NCBI GenBank assembly: GCA_951406725.2
Contig: OX597839.1
Location: forward strand, 15,624,001 to 15,688,000
Reading direction: 5' to 3'
From: Octopus vulgaris
Lineage: Eukaryota
Length of the DNA stretch: 64,000 nt
How positions within the stretch are numbered: position 1 is the first letter of the stretch; every line of letters begins with the position of its first letter. The notes below the pieces were generated by a model. That model did not search any database and was not told where the DNA came from. It saw only the letters and a program-made list of their open reading frames with translations. Shown in pieces: positions 1-13,942 of this stretch. A program made the translations under genes and the position numbers.

Positions 1-1103
1 TTCGTACCCATTGCAGTTCCTGAGACCTGTCTGTAAGTGTTGTTGTGGAAATACATGAAGTTGTTTTGCAGAATAAATTTGAGGCCCTCAATTATGAATT
101 CTTTTTTAATTCTTTCCGGGATCTCATTGGGATATTTATCCAGCCAGAATTTAATGGCTTCCAGTCCATATTCATGTGGGATTGTGGTGTAAAGATTAAT
201 AACATCAAAAGAAACGATTAAGGTGTCTTTATCGGCATGTTTGGGGAGATGATTTAATAGGTCCAGGTCATCTCTTACAATACTTGGAATGTGTTTCAGT
301 ATTGGCTTTAAGATGATATCTATAAAGTTGCTAAGTCTGTGTGTTTCACAACTTGGGCCTGCCACTATTGGTCTCAGTTTGAGATCAGTGGGATGTGGTA
401 TAGTGATGCAGGTTGAAGTGGACTTTTTGCAAGCTTCTGTGATAATTTGACTCTTGTGTATTTTTGGAAGCCCATAGAGTGTGCTGGTTTTGCAATTAAA
501 TTTAGTAATGTAGTCGCATTCCTTTGCTGTCAAGTCATTCCGGTGTTGGTAAATGAGTGCCTTCAGTTTGGTCATTGTTTTGGATTGCTGGTAGTCGACT
601 ACTCTCTCATAGTATGTGGTATCCTCTAAAAGGAGAGATACAGAGTTTTTATATTGCTCAGTATTCATAACAACGACCGTACTACCCTTATCAGCTTCCT
701 TTATTGTGACGTTATGATTGTCTCGTAGCGTATGTATGATTTCCCATTCTCTTTTACTGGTGTTGGGTTTGAGTTTAGGTTGTGGGAGTTCACCATAAGG
801 GAAGTTTGAGATGTAATCGCAAAATTTGTCTAAGGTTTTGTTTTTGCCTTTTATGGGATTATAGTTGCTTTTGTTACGGACCATTGATTCGTCGTTATTA
901 TTAGTTTTCCTGTCAAAGAATTCCTCTGTGAGGCGTAATTTTCTGCAAAAGTGTGAGATGTCATCCTGTATTTCCCTCAGGTTAGGGTATTGCGGAGTTG
1001 GGGTGAATTTTAGTCCTCTTGAAAGGATTTTTATTTGTGGTGTCGACAGGTTTAGGTTAGAGAGATTCACTATTTTTGGTTTTTCGGGGTTGGTATCTAC
1101 CAT
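1..1103 (-). CDS. Penelope-like element ORF2, reverse transcriptase (runs off the left edge)
   Basis: Manual translation from ATG 1103 stays in one frame to the edge: IVNLS..LSRGLKFTPTP, IKEADKGSTVVVMN, LYGLPKIHK-(insert)-LKLRPIVAGP, VSFDVINLYTTIP, YRQVSGTAMGT. These are PLE RT motifs; the long insert between GLPKIHK and RPIV resembles Naiad-type PLEs (from recall). Absent from the ORF track, presumably because no stop lies in the window. Confidence 0.92.
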   Translation of the reverse strand, partial: MVDTNPEKPKIVNLSNLNLSTPQIKILSRGLKFTPTPQYPNLREIQDDISHFCRKLRLTEEFFDRKTNNNDESMVRNKSNYNPIKGKNKTLDKFCDYISNFPYGELPQPKLKPNTSKREWEIIHTLRDNHNVTIKEADKGSTVVVMNTEQYKNSVSLLLEDTTYYERVVDYQQSKTMTKLKALIYQHRNDLTAKECDYITKFNCKTSTLYGLPKIHKSQIITEACKKSTSTCITIPHPTDLKLRPIVAGPSCETHRLSNFIDIILKPILKHIPSIVRDDLDLLNHLPKHADKDTLIVSFDVINLYTTIPHEYGLEAIKFWLDKYPNEIPERIKKEFIIEGLKFILQNNFMYFHNNTYRQVSGTAMGT

Positions 1104-2443
1104 CTGGTGTCGTGGAAACTGATGCCCTTGCCTAAAAAAGGAATCCTGGGGGTTCTTCTATCTGCGGTATTTTGCTGTATGTGATTCTGTCCCCCGTTGA
1201 TATGTTGTCTGTTGAAGAGGTTTTGGTTGTTGTGATTCTGTCCCCCGTTGATATGTTGTCTGTTGAAGAGGTTTTGGTTGTTCCAGGGTCTGGGTTGTTG
1301 GTGTGGCCTCCTGGAAGAGTTTTGGTTATTCCAGGGTCTGGGTTGTTTGTCCTGGGTGTAATGTTGGTTCCTTAGAGTGGGTTGGAAATTACATTCATGG
1401 TTTAGAAGTGAATTCCTATATGTTGGGGGAGAACTCTGAGTTAGGAGCGGTTTGGGTTGGAATCTACAATCATAGTTCAGAGATGGGTTTCTAAGTGATG
1501 GGTAGGATCTCCGAATCTGGAACGGTTCTTGTGTGGGTTGGGGTCTACGTTGTCTGGTAAAGTTTTGTCTTGTGATGATGGGTGTCTCGGTTCTTTTGAT
1601 GGGATTGTAGTGCTGTCTGTAAGTTCTGTTGTTGTTGTTGTCGATGTTAGGGGTGGTGTGTGTTCGGTGTTTTGTGGTTGGTTTTCTTTGTTTTTGGCGA
1701 GGGGTGTGAGTTGAGGTAGATATTTTAAAATATGGGTTGCTTGAAAGGTGTTCCTTTGTGAACTCTGTTTCATAATTGGCGAACCAGCTGTTTTTTTCCA
1801 TTCGCTGGAGGGATGTTAGTTCTTCATCCTCGCAGTTTTTTCTCCAGAGTTTGGTGGTTTCATCAAGGAGTGCTCCTTCACAGTGTTTTGAGATTTCAAT
1901 CTGCATTTCATTGTCAAGGGTCTTGAATTTTTCTTCACTGGCGTTGGCTCTGAGCCGCAAGAGTTCTACTTCCGTTTTGAATTTTTCAAAAGCTAGTTTC
2001 TCCCTGAGGTTTTTTTGGTTTTCTGGTTCATTTTGGATGGGTTTTATTTGTAGTTTTCTGGGTAGGATGATAGGGGTGGAGTTGAGCCACTTTTCATAAA
2101 TGTCAGCTTTGTTGCTATTTTTTATGAAATTCCAGAAGGCAAACTTACGCGCTTTGAGATTTTTACTCCAGGTGTTGTTAAGAGAGCTTTTAACTGAGAA
2201 GCAGTCTTTAGTTTGCTCCTGCTTTGGGAGCACTGCCGTCTCTATGGATTTCATTAGGTTTTGCAGTGTTGGGATGATGTCAGGGATTTGATTGGTTGTT
2301 TTGGCCTCCATGAGTCCATTTAGGTATAAGTGCGATTGTTCGACTTTGTTTATTATGGTTGAAAGTTTCGAGGAGATTTCTTGTAATTCTTTTAGGATAT
2401 TTTGGTTCATTAAAGATTCTGCTTGTTGTGATTTGGGTGGCAT
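1097..2443 (-). CDS. PLE ORF1-like protein (448 aa from MPPKSQQ): coiled-coil/helical N-half, Q/N/R-rich repetitive C-tail
   Basis: Uninterrupted ORF (track 1097..2503; first ATG at 2443) directly upstream of and overlapping the RT ORF; heptad-like N-terminus; duplicated QPRPWNNQN and NLFNRQHINGGQNH peptides. Confidence 0.75.
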   Translation of the reverse strand: MPPKSQQAESLMNQNILKELQEISSKLSTIINKVEQSHLYLNGLMEAKTTNQIPDIIPTLQNLMKSIETAVLPKQEQTKDCFSVKSSLNNTWSKNLKARKFAFWNFIKNSNKADIYEKWLNSTPIILPRKLQIKPIQNEPENQKNLREKLAFEKFKTEVELLRLRANASEEKFKTLDNEMQIEISKHCEGALLDETTKLWRKNCEDEELTSLQRMEKNSWFANYETEFTKEHLSSNPYFKISTSTHTPRQKQRKPTTKHRTHTTPNIDNNNNRTYRQHYNPIKRTETPIITRQNFTRQRRPQPTQEPFQIRRSYPSLRNPSLNYDCRFQPKPLLTQSSPPTYRNSLLNHECNFQPTLRNQHYTQDKQPRPWNNQNSSRRPHQQPRPWNNQNLFNRQHINGGQNHNNQNLFNRQHINGGQNHIQQNTADRRTPRIPFLGKGISFHDTRW

Positions 2444-2557
2444 TTTCGGGACTCGTGTGATGTTTATATATATATAAAAAAGTTGAGTTGTGGGGTATCG
2501 CACGAGTGGGATTATATATGAAAAAAGGTTTGAAAATGCAATTTAAACGATGTTTAT

Positions 2558-2603
2558 TTACTTAACCGGTTTCACTCTTTGTTAAAAAGATTGTCAAAAG
2601 TAA
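2558..2603 (-). ncRNA. Degenerate minimal type I hammerhead-like motif
   Basis: Minus strand TTACTT-TTGACAA-TCTTT/AAAGA-GTGAAACCGGTT-AAGTAA: 6-bp stem I, stem II, GAAA and palindromic stem III, but core TTGACAA deviates from CTGANGA. Confidence 0.4.
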
Positions 2604-2719
2604 CATTGAATATTATGGGTTCAAAAAAAGTTTTTTACATAATTGTCACATTGAATATTATGAATTCAAAAATGTTTTTTTATACATAATTGTCACATTA
2701 CATGTATAAATATAGTATT

Positions 2720-3174
2720 AAACATGTATAAATAGTAGTATTACATTACATGTATAAATAGTGTATGTGTGCATTGTATATATGTATATTGTAAGTATAT
2801 ATATACATGAATACATGTATATACGTTGCGTGTATATATATGTATGCATTGTGTATGTATGTTATGTGTGTGTGTGTCTATATATTTTATATGTATGCGT
2901 ACGTGACATGTGTAAAGCATTGTATGTATGTATATTGTGTGTATATGTGGTATATCTATGTATGTGTATGTAAACACTATTTATATGTATATATGTATAT
3001 ATGTATATGCATTGTCTATATATATATATATTATATGTATGTATTGCGTATGTATATTGCATGCATATATTGTGTATGTGTATTATATACATGCTGTGTA
3101 TGTGTATTGTATGTGTATATATATGCTAGGTGTATTTGTGTGATATTTATATTATGTATTTATGTGTGAGTGTG

Positions 3175-3224
<50 letters not shown>

Positions 3225-3415
3225 TTTATATATGTGTGTATATTATATATAAATACATGTTATATTTGTGTGCTGTGTGTATATATTATATATGTGGGTG
3301 CGTTGTGTGTGTGTGTGTTCTGTGTGTGTGTGTGTTGTGTGTATGTGGTGTGTGTGTGTATACTATGTGTGTGTGTGTATTGTTGTTGTGTGTGTGTGTG
3401 TATATATGTGTGTGA
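2720..3415. repeat. Degenerate (TA/TG)n microsatellite
   Basis: Directly visible dinucleotide runs. Confidence 0.95.
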
Positions 3416-3994
3416 CAAACAGACGCTGTCTGACCAGCAGGCACACGGACACATCTATTCACACCCGCATACTCACCTCCCAATAACCCCAAAGTCACTG
3501 ATGCTTGAAGGGGAAGTATAAACCAAATTGGGTACATATCTTTTTTTCTCTCAATTCAACTTTTCTGCTAAAACAAACAGGTCAGTAAAAAACAAATTCT
3601 CGCCTTCGATTCAAAATATTCTGAGATGTCTAAAATATCCATTTTAATTTTCTCTGTCAATATTACAAGCTTTCTCACCAAACTATTACACTTCCTTATG
3701 TCTTTAACATGTCATTTCTACCAAAGACTGTATATATATACATGTAATGTGACAATTTGCGACAACCAATAATTAACGCAACCAAATTTCCAATAATATA
3801 TTTGTTTTATTCTTTTCTGCCAATTTTTCCAAATATTCTCATCACACTATTGAACTTTTTTATACTATATTTATACATGTAATGTGACAATTATGTATAA
3901 AAAAACATTTTTGAATTCATAATATTCAATGTGACAATTATGTAAAAAACTTTTTTTGAACCCATATATATTCAATATATATACTTTTGACAAT

Positions 3995-4134
3995 ATATAT
4001 TATATATATATATGTATATATATATATGAATATATATATATGTATATATATATATGTATATATATATATATGTATATATGTATATATATATCGTATATAT
4101 ATATTGCATTTTATATATATATATATGTATTTTA

Positions 4135-4171
<37 letters not shown>

Positions 4172-4924
4172 GTATATATATATATGTATATATATATTTA
4201 TATATATATGTATATATATATGTATATATATATATGTATATATATATGTATATATATATATGTATATATATATATGTATATATATATATGTATATATATA
4301 TATATGTATATATATATATGTATCTATATATATGTATCTATATATATATGTGTATATATATATATGTGTATCTATATATGTGTATCTATATATATGTGTA
4401 TCTATATATGTGTATCTATATATATGTGTATCTATATATATGTGTATATATATATGTGTATATATATATATGTATATATATATATGTATATATATATATG
4501 TATATATATATATATGTATATATATGTATGTATGTATATATATATATGTATATATATGTATATATATATATGTATATATATGTATGTATATATATATATG
4601 TATATATATATGTATATATATATATATGTATATATATATATGTATATATATATGTGTATATATATATGTGTATATATATATCTGTATATATATATGTGTA
4701 TATATATATGTGTATATATATATGTGTATATATATATGTGTATATATATATGTGTGCATATATATATATATGTGTATATATATATATGTGTATATATATA
4801 TATGTGTATATATATATGTGTGTATATATATGTGTGTGTATATATATGTGTGTGTATATATATATGTATGTATATATATATATGTATATATATATATGTG
4901 TATATATATATATGTGTATATATA

Positions 4925-4973
<49 letters not shown>

Positions 4974-5234
4974 GTGTATATATATATATGTATATATATA
5001 TATGTGTATATATATATATATGTGTGTATATATATATATGTGTATATATATATGTGTGTATATATATATGTGTGTATATATATATATATGTGTATATATA
5101 TATGTGTATATATATATATGTGTATATATATATATATGTGTATATATATATATGTGTATATATATATATGTGTATATATATATGTGTATATATATATGTG
5201 TATATATATATGTGTATATATATATGTGTATATA

Positions 5235-5269
<35 letters not shown>
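3995..5269. repeat. (TA)n/(TATG)n compound microsatellite
   Basis: Directly visible. Confidence 0.97.
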
Positions 5270-5273
<4 letters not shown>

Positions 5274-6048
5274 TTGTTGAAATGGAAAGATGAATTTCTG
5301 TTACGGATTATTCAAAAGTTTAACCGATACCTGGGTAGCAAAAATCACAGCAGAAAAACACGGTTGGAGATAAGACCATATGTGTGTTGCAACCGTGCAT
5401 TGGTGTGGATAATTGAAGTTTAATATAATTAGTGAATGGGAGAAATGGAGTTGAACGAAGATTGTACAGAATTCCTTTTATTACATTCTACACATCCGTT
5501 TCAAAGGCCACAATTTTCCAAATTCTGATTAAATAAGGATACCATATTGCAGCTTTCTCTTCAGGAAAAACCAGGAATTACGTTGTCAGAACAAAACAAA
5601 CAGAGGCGCAGCAAAGCAATTCGAACGAGGACGTTTCCTTAAGAGCCCATGTGTAAACAGTTTACCCATGGGCTCTTAAGGAGCCTCCTCATTCGAATTG
5701 CTTTGCTGTGCCTCTGTTTTGTTTTGTTCTGACAACGTAATTCCTAGTTTTTCCTGAAGAGAAAGCTGCAATATGGTATCCTTATTTAATCAGAATTTGG
5801 AAAATTGTGGCCTTTGAAACATGTGTAGAATGTAATAAAAGGAATTCTGTACAATCTTCGTTCAACTCCATTTCTTCCATTCACTAATTATATTAAACTT
5901 CAATTATCCGCACCAACGCACGGTTGCAACACCATATGGTCTTATCTCCAACCGTTTTTTTTCTGCTGTAATTTTTGCTACCCAGGTATCGGTTAAACTT
6001 TTGAATAATCCGTAACAAGAAAATTCATCTTTCCATTTCAACAAATAC
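5270..6048. repeat. Fold-back palindrome 1 (about 389-bp arms, centre 5659) with a hammerhead motif in each arm
   Basis: gtatttgttgaaatgg... at 5270 is mirrored by ...ccatttcaacaaatac ending 6048; centre cccatgtgtaaac-a-gtttacccatggg. Confidence 0.93.
5751..5830 (+). ncRNA. Type I hammerhead ribozyme motif with enlarged stem-loop II (other copies: 5486-5567 -, about 7626-7706 -, 7886-7964 +)
   Basis: ttc-CTGAAGA-g-aaagctgcaat...attgtggccttt-GAAAC-atgt-GTA-gaa: intact core boxes, about 11-bp stem II, short stems I and III. Confidence 0.65.
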
Positions 6049-9198
<3,150 letters not shown>

Positions 9199-9659
9199 CA
9201 GTAATATTTGTTTCCACTTTTATGTGGCTGTTCCTTGCAGAATAATCTTAGTACATTTTAACCCCAGGAAAACATCCTTTCCAGCTGGTTAATGACACAC
9301 AACTTTTGTTTGTTATATTGCGAGTAAAGTAGTGAATCATTCCCACTCCAGCGTGGCAAGACCAGCAGACCAGCTGGTTTCTGGGTGCATAACCTTCCTC
9401 AGTACTGGACACCTGCCTGCCAGAGATGGCAGCTATTCTTCCCCACTTGCAATATATAAACAAAGATCTTTCAACAAGCTAAATTTTAAAATCTGTGAAG
9501 AAGATTCACATTGTAACAGTACTAAACAGTAATGTTTGTTGCCACTTTTACATGGTTGTTCCATGCAGAACAATATTACTACATTTTAACCCCAGAAAGA
9601 CATATTTTTCCAGCTGGTTAACAAAATACAACACACATAAATATATATATATATATATA

Positions 9660-9915
9660 TTGGGTTGTCCCATAAATAATGCAGCTTTTGCAACTGCATG
9701 AACTAAAAGTTGGAGGAGGATGGGATAAACTACCTGCATCAACTTGCTATACAAGTAGGTGGTAATTTTACCTAGGTCTTATTCTTAGTGCAAGTTTCGA
9801 AGAGTACAGTTCAATTTTAAGTTATTTTTTCAAAGCTATAATGGAAGTGATAAAGGTGCATATTTTGCTTTATGAGTTCAATAATGACCATATCACAATG
9901 GAAAATGTGAGAAAT
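9660..9915 (+). mobile_element. Mariner 5' fragment (same family as 58685-59544)
   Basis: TIR-like ttgggttgtcccataaataatgc after (TA)n and the transposase start atggaagtg...ttttgctttatgagttcaataa both match the 58.7 kb copy. Confidence 0.75.
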
Positions 9916-10267
9916 AACATTTTGACTTTCTCCAACTGATCTCTCATTCAAATTTCCAATGACTGAGGATTAGCATCACGCTTTGAAACTTAAAGTACCA
10001 AGGAATTTGAATCAAACTATTTTGATTCATACATACATAAATATATATATGTATGTATGTGTGTGTGTGTGTATGCACAGTTTGAAATACAAACAGATAC
10101 ACTAATATCAAATATAAGTAGATAGATCAGTATCAAATGAAAACAGATATACTAGTATCAAATAAAGTATATTTTGATATTTCTAATCTCATAATATAAT
10201 ATGCAATTTTATGCTCATCTTTGTCTGCCTTAATTCAATGAATTTTTGGAATGTTTCTATTGTTCAG

Positions 10268-10389
10268 ATCCCTGTGAAGCTCATTGGAGTTGCAAGTGAT
10301 ATTCTTGTTCAAATTTTACAAACTTCAATGGATATGAAAATCTGTCTTTATGACAAGCTGTATCAGGATACTATAATACTAGAAAACAG
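10268..10389 (+). CDS. CFAP74: CFAP74 internal exon 1 of 13 in window
   Basis: cag|IPVKLIGVASDILVQILQTSMDMKICLYDKLYQDTIILENR|gt; resembles CFAP74 'DLKICMYDRLYQD'; ends phase 2. Confidence 0.88.
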
Positions 10390-10829
10390 GTATTTTATTT
10401 TTTTTTTGTTTTTGATATTAGCCTAATGAGGCCTAGGTTATAGATATATGCACAAAAACTTTGATATGCAAAACATTATTTATTGATCTTTTTCAGCTTA
10501 TTTAAGTATGTTTGATGTAAAGAAAAAATAATTTTCTAACAACACACACATTAATTAATTACATGTTAATTCTACAACAATTACCTGATGACATTATGAT
10601 TGTTTTCATGTAATAATGTTGTTCAAATGTAAAGCATCCTTAGAGCACATCTAATCTTTTGATTTTGCTGTTGCCTTCCAATAGAAGTCTTAACAACAGG
10701 TAATATTTGGTGAAAGATATTTCCTTTCATATTGAAATCAGTAATGGGTGTAGATGTTGTGAGTAAAGATTAACAGCAGAAACTAATGAGTATGCATGGT
10801 CCCAAAGATAAGCAACGTCAGTTTATATA

Positions 10830-10990
10830 GGAGGTACATGATTGTGTGGCTATGAAGTTTGCTTCACTACATATGGTTCTGTGTTTGATATCACTGAAGG
10901 GTACCTTGAGCAAGTGTCTTCTATCATAGTTCAGGTTCACTAATATCTTATAAGTAGAAGATAGTTAAAGGAAACTGTGTGGAGTCCTGT
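10830..10990 (+). mobile_element. tRNA-derived SINE family A, degraded (other copies about 26860-27160, 43390-43470, 46107-46255, 56435-56570, 56655-57000 on +; 61975-62120 on -)
   Basis: Recurring ggctgtgtggt-aagaagtttgcttccc...ggttcagtcccactg...accttgggcaagtgtcttctactatagc head with Pol III A/B-box-like motifs. Confidence 0.7.
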
Positions 10991-12899
10991 CATGTTGTAA
11001 GTACGGTATGTGTGTATGTGTGTTTGTATGTGTAATTCAGTGTAACCTGTTAGACAGTATGATTGAATTGTCAACAACTAAATAAGCAGCACCACCAGGA
11101 CAGCTTGTGAGGAAGGTTGCTGGAAACCAAGCAGTACGAAAGCAAGATCTGCTACAATAATGGATGAACTCTATACATAGAGTCAGTGCCTCTCTTGGAA
11201 TAGTGAGTGGGCACATTGGAATAATTCAAGTTGGGGAACAACCAAGTGATGGGTCCCTTTTTCTTGTTAGGATATCTGTCTTGGAGAGGTAAAGATAGAG
11301 CTCCTTAGCTATGGTGGGTGCAACATATTTGATGTATTTGCACTACTGTGCTAACTTCTGGGTGAGTACAAGAAGGCAAAACCTATGGGATTACACCATC
11401 AGAGAAAAACAAGCTGTGACAGTCAGCTTTGAGATTTTTGGTTGACAGGATTTCTAGCAGGAGGAACTAATCATCTTCAGTCCATCTCTTTCACAACAAA
11501 GAAAGTGATACTGGGAAATGCACTTATGCTCAACACTATTATAAAACTTCATTGCATAGATATTTTCTCTTACAATATGGCTCATGGATCTTGGATCTCA
11601 GAGACAGCCATTGTTGTTGTGATAATTAGGGTATCATGAATATCTGCAATGAGGAATTAAAAACACTTCCAGTTTCCTCACATATAAGGTGCAGCTTTGG
11701 CTGTAGCAGTCATGATTTTCTGGTCATCTGTGCTGCTGCATCTAAGTTGCTGCTACTCTAAAAATTATAGTTTCAAAGGATCCACAATTGAAAAAGATTG
11801 ATTTGTATGTGCAGTTGTCATAAGATTCGTAACTTAGGAGACAGCCAAATACTTCTATAAGAATGCTTTAACTGTTATGGTTACGTGTGTAACTGACATG
11901 TATATCAATAATAATAATATAACAATGCAAGTTGTTTGCAATGGTCACTGACCTAGCCAACAAAAATTTCTCTGCTCTAACCCCCCCACTTCTTTCTTCA
12001 ACCTCTTCCTTGTCATCCATGTGTCATAGAATGACAGGAAATTCTATACCATTTCCTGTCATTCTCCACTGTGTCTATATTCACATGAACTAAAAACAAA
12101 GAGAATTTTTCTTCACTCCTCATACGACTTTGTCCAAAACTCTTCTCCCATTCACATGCAAGCATAAGAAACTCGACAGTTTTTTTTTCCTATCTGATTT
12201 TCTTAAACAGTATCAAAGGGATAAGAAAGATATGTTAGCATGTCTCACAGTCAATTTGGACAGATGAGGGTTAATAGTTGAATTGAAATTGTATGCAGAT
12301 AGATTGGGAAGTCTAAGGAGATGAAACTTCATAAGTGAGAAGTATTCAGCAAGATATGTAACATGTGGCCTTGATTATAAAACACTTGTGGAATGTGAAT
12401 CAGCAGATGAGAGACAGCAGGGGAGAGATACATTGAGTTTAGGCTGGTACACGTAATATCAGTTTTGAAGAGCTTGTTGGATAAAGTTTTAGACAACCAA
12501 TACAAGAATGCTAAAGCCAAGCCTACTGCAGTGAATAGCACTAAAATTTAAAAGCATCAATTAATCTAGCTGTGATAGGAAATTGTTAGCAGATGTTATA
12601 GGAATACATATATCTTACAAATACAAGGGAAATGGAGCTAAACACTGGCTTTATAAGTTTCTGACAGATTAGCTTAGGGTATCAATTCATCTACTTTTTC
12701 ATATGATTCATATACCAAATTGATATAAAAAATCTTTCAGTATTTTATGTTTAAATCAAACTATTTCAACCATTCAATCAGTATTACATAATCATAATAA
12801 TTTATTTTTCAAATTATCAAAACCAAAGTCTTAGTAAATAACCTAGCAAAAACCAAAGTCTTAGTAAGTAGGAAGGCAGTCAAATCACAAATCCCTTCA

Positions 12900-13942
12900 G
12901 GTAGATGGCATTCTTGATCTATAGAAAAGACGTAGATAGAAGCTTCATAAGATGTACCCGGTGTAAGCTATGGGCATGAGGTGCAGCAATATCAGGAAGG
13001 TTAACATAGAAAATAGTGTGGAAGATGCACAGATACAATAAACACCAAAAATGTACAGAAAATAGACTCCATCAACTGATAATGGGTTAAGCTAGAGGTA
13101 GTAGATAGCTTCTGTTATCTAGGCAGCCACGTTAGTAACAGAGGTGGATTCTCTGAGAGCATAGCTGTGAGAATAAGATTAGGTTGAGCAAAGTTCAGAG
13201 CTCCTACCTCTGCTACCAATAAAGGGCCACTCCATCAGGGTGAAAGGCAGATTGTATGATGCCCATGTGTGAACAGCTATGCTACACAGCAGTGAAACAT
13301 GGGCTGTGACAGCTGAGGACATGCGTATGGACAGGGACAGCTGTGTGAAGAAGTGCCAATCTCTAACTGTGGAGGGAACATGTAGTAGAGGTAGACCCAG
13401 TAAGGCATGGGACAAAGTGGTGAAGCACGATCTTTGAACTTTGGGTCTCACAGAGGCAATAACTAGTGACTGAGACCATTGGCAATATGTTGTGCTTGAG
13501 AGGACCCATCAAGCCAAGTGAAATCATAGTCATGGCTGATGCTGGTGTCACATAAATGGCACATAAATGGCATGTAAAAAGCCCCTTTCAAGCATTGGGC
13601 CTCACAGTGGAACATAGAAAAGCTCATTATGAATGTTGGGCCTCATGGTAACAATGACAAATGAACAAAACTTTGGCATTATGTCGTGCTTGAGAAGGAG
13701 ACCCATCAAGCCAAGTAAAATTGCTGTCATGGCAGATACTGGTGTTATGCAAATGGTACCTGTGCCGGTGGCATGCAAAACCACCCATTACACTCAGAGT
13801 TATTGGCATTAGAAAGGCATCCAGCTGTAGAAACCATGCCAAATCAGATTGTAGTCTGGTGCAGCCTTCCAACTTGCCAGCCCTGGTCAAACTGTCCAAA
13901 TCATGCCAGCATAGACAACTAATGTTAAATGATGATGATGAT
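12900..13942 (+). mobile_element. RTE-clade LINE 3' fragment with (GAT)n tail
   Basis: Degraded EVVDSFCYLG..SESIAVRIRLG..RVKGRLYDA..MLHSSETWA; the 3' UTR/tail recurs at about 15250-15375, 21530-21712, 50975-51258 (+) and 30860-30970, 53880-54060 (-). Confidence 0.75.

Larger units (their letters stand above)
1..3994 (-). mobile_element. Penelope-like retroelement, 5' portion
   Basis: ORF1 + RT ORF2, hammerhead-like motif at 2558-2603, inverted repeat 2590-2718/3862-3994; embedded in microsatellite. The outer boundary is uncertain. Confidence 0.75.

Noticed and set aside
447-2477. Plus-strand short ORFs
   Set aside because: Antisense shadows of the PLE ORFs.
3500-3860. Possible GIY-YIG endonuclease remnant in the PLE upstream region
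   Set aside because: No recognisable motif or sustained reading frame by eye; any endonuclease would lie beyond the left edge.
5776-5783. GTATCCTT resembling a U12 donor inside the hammerhead loop
   Set aside because: No upstream exon or reading frame; it is part of a repeat unit.
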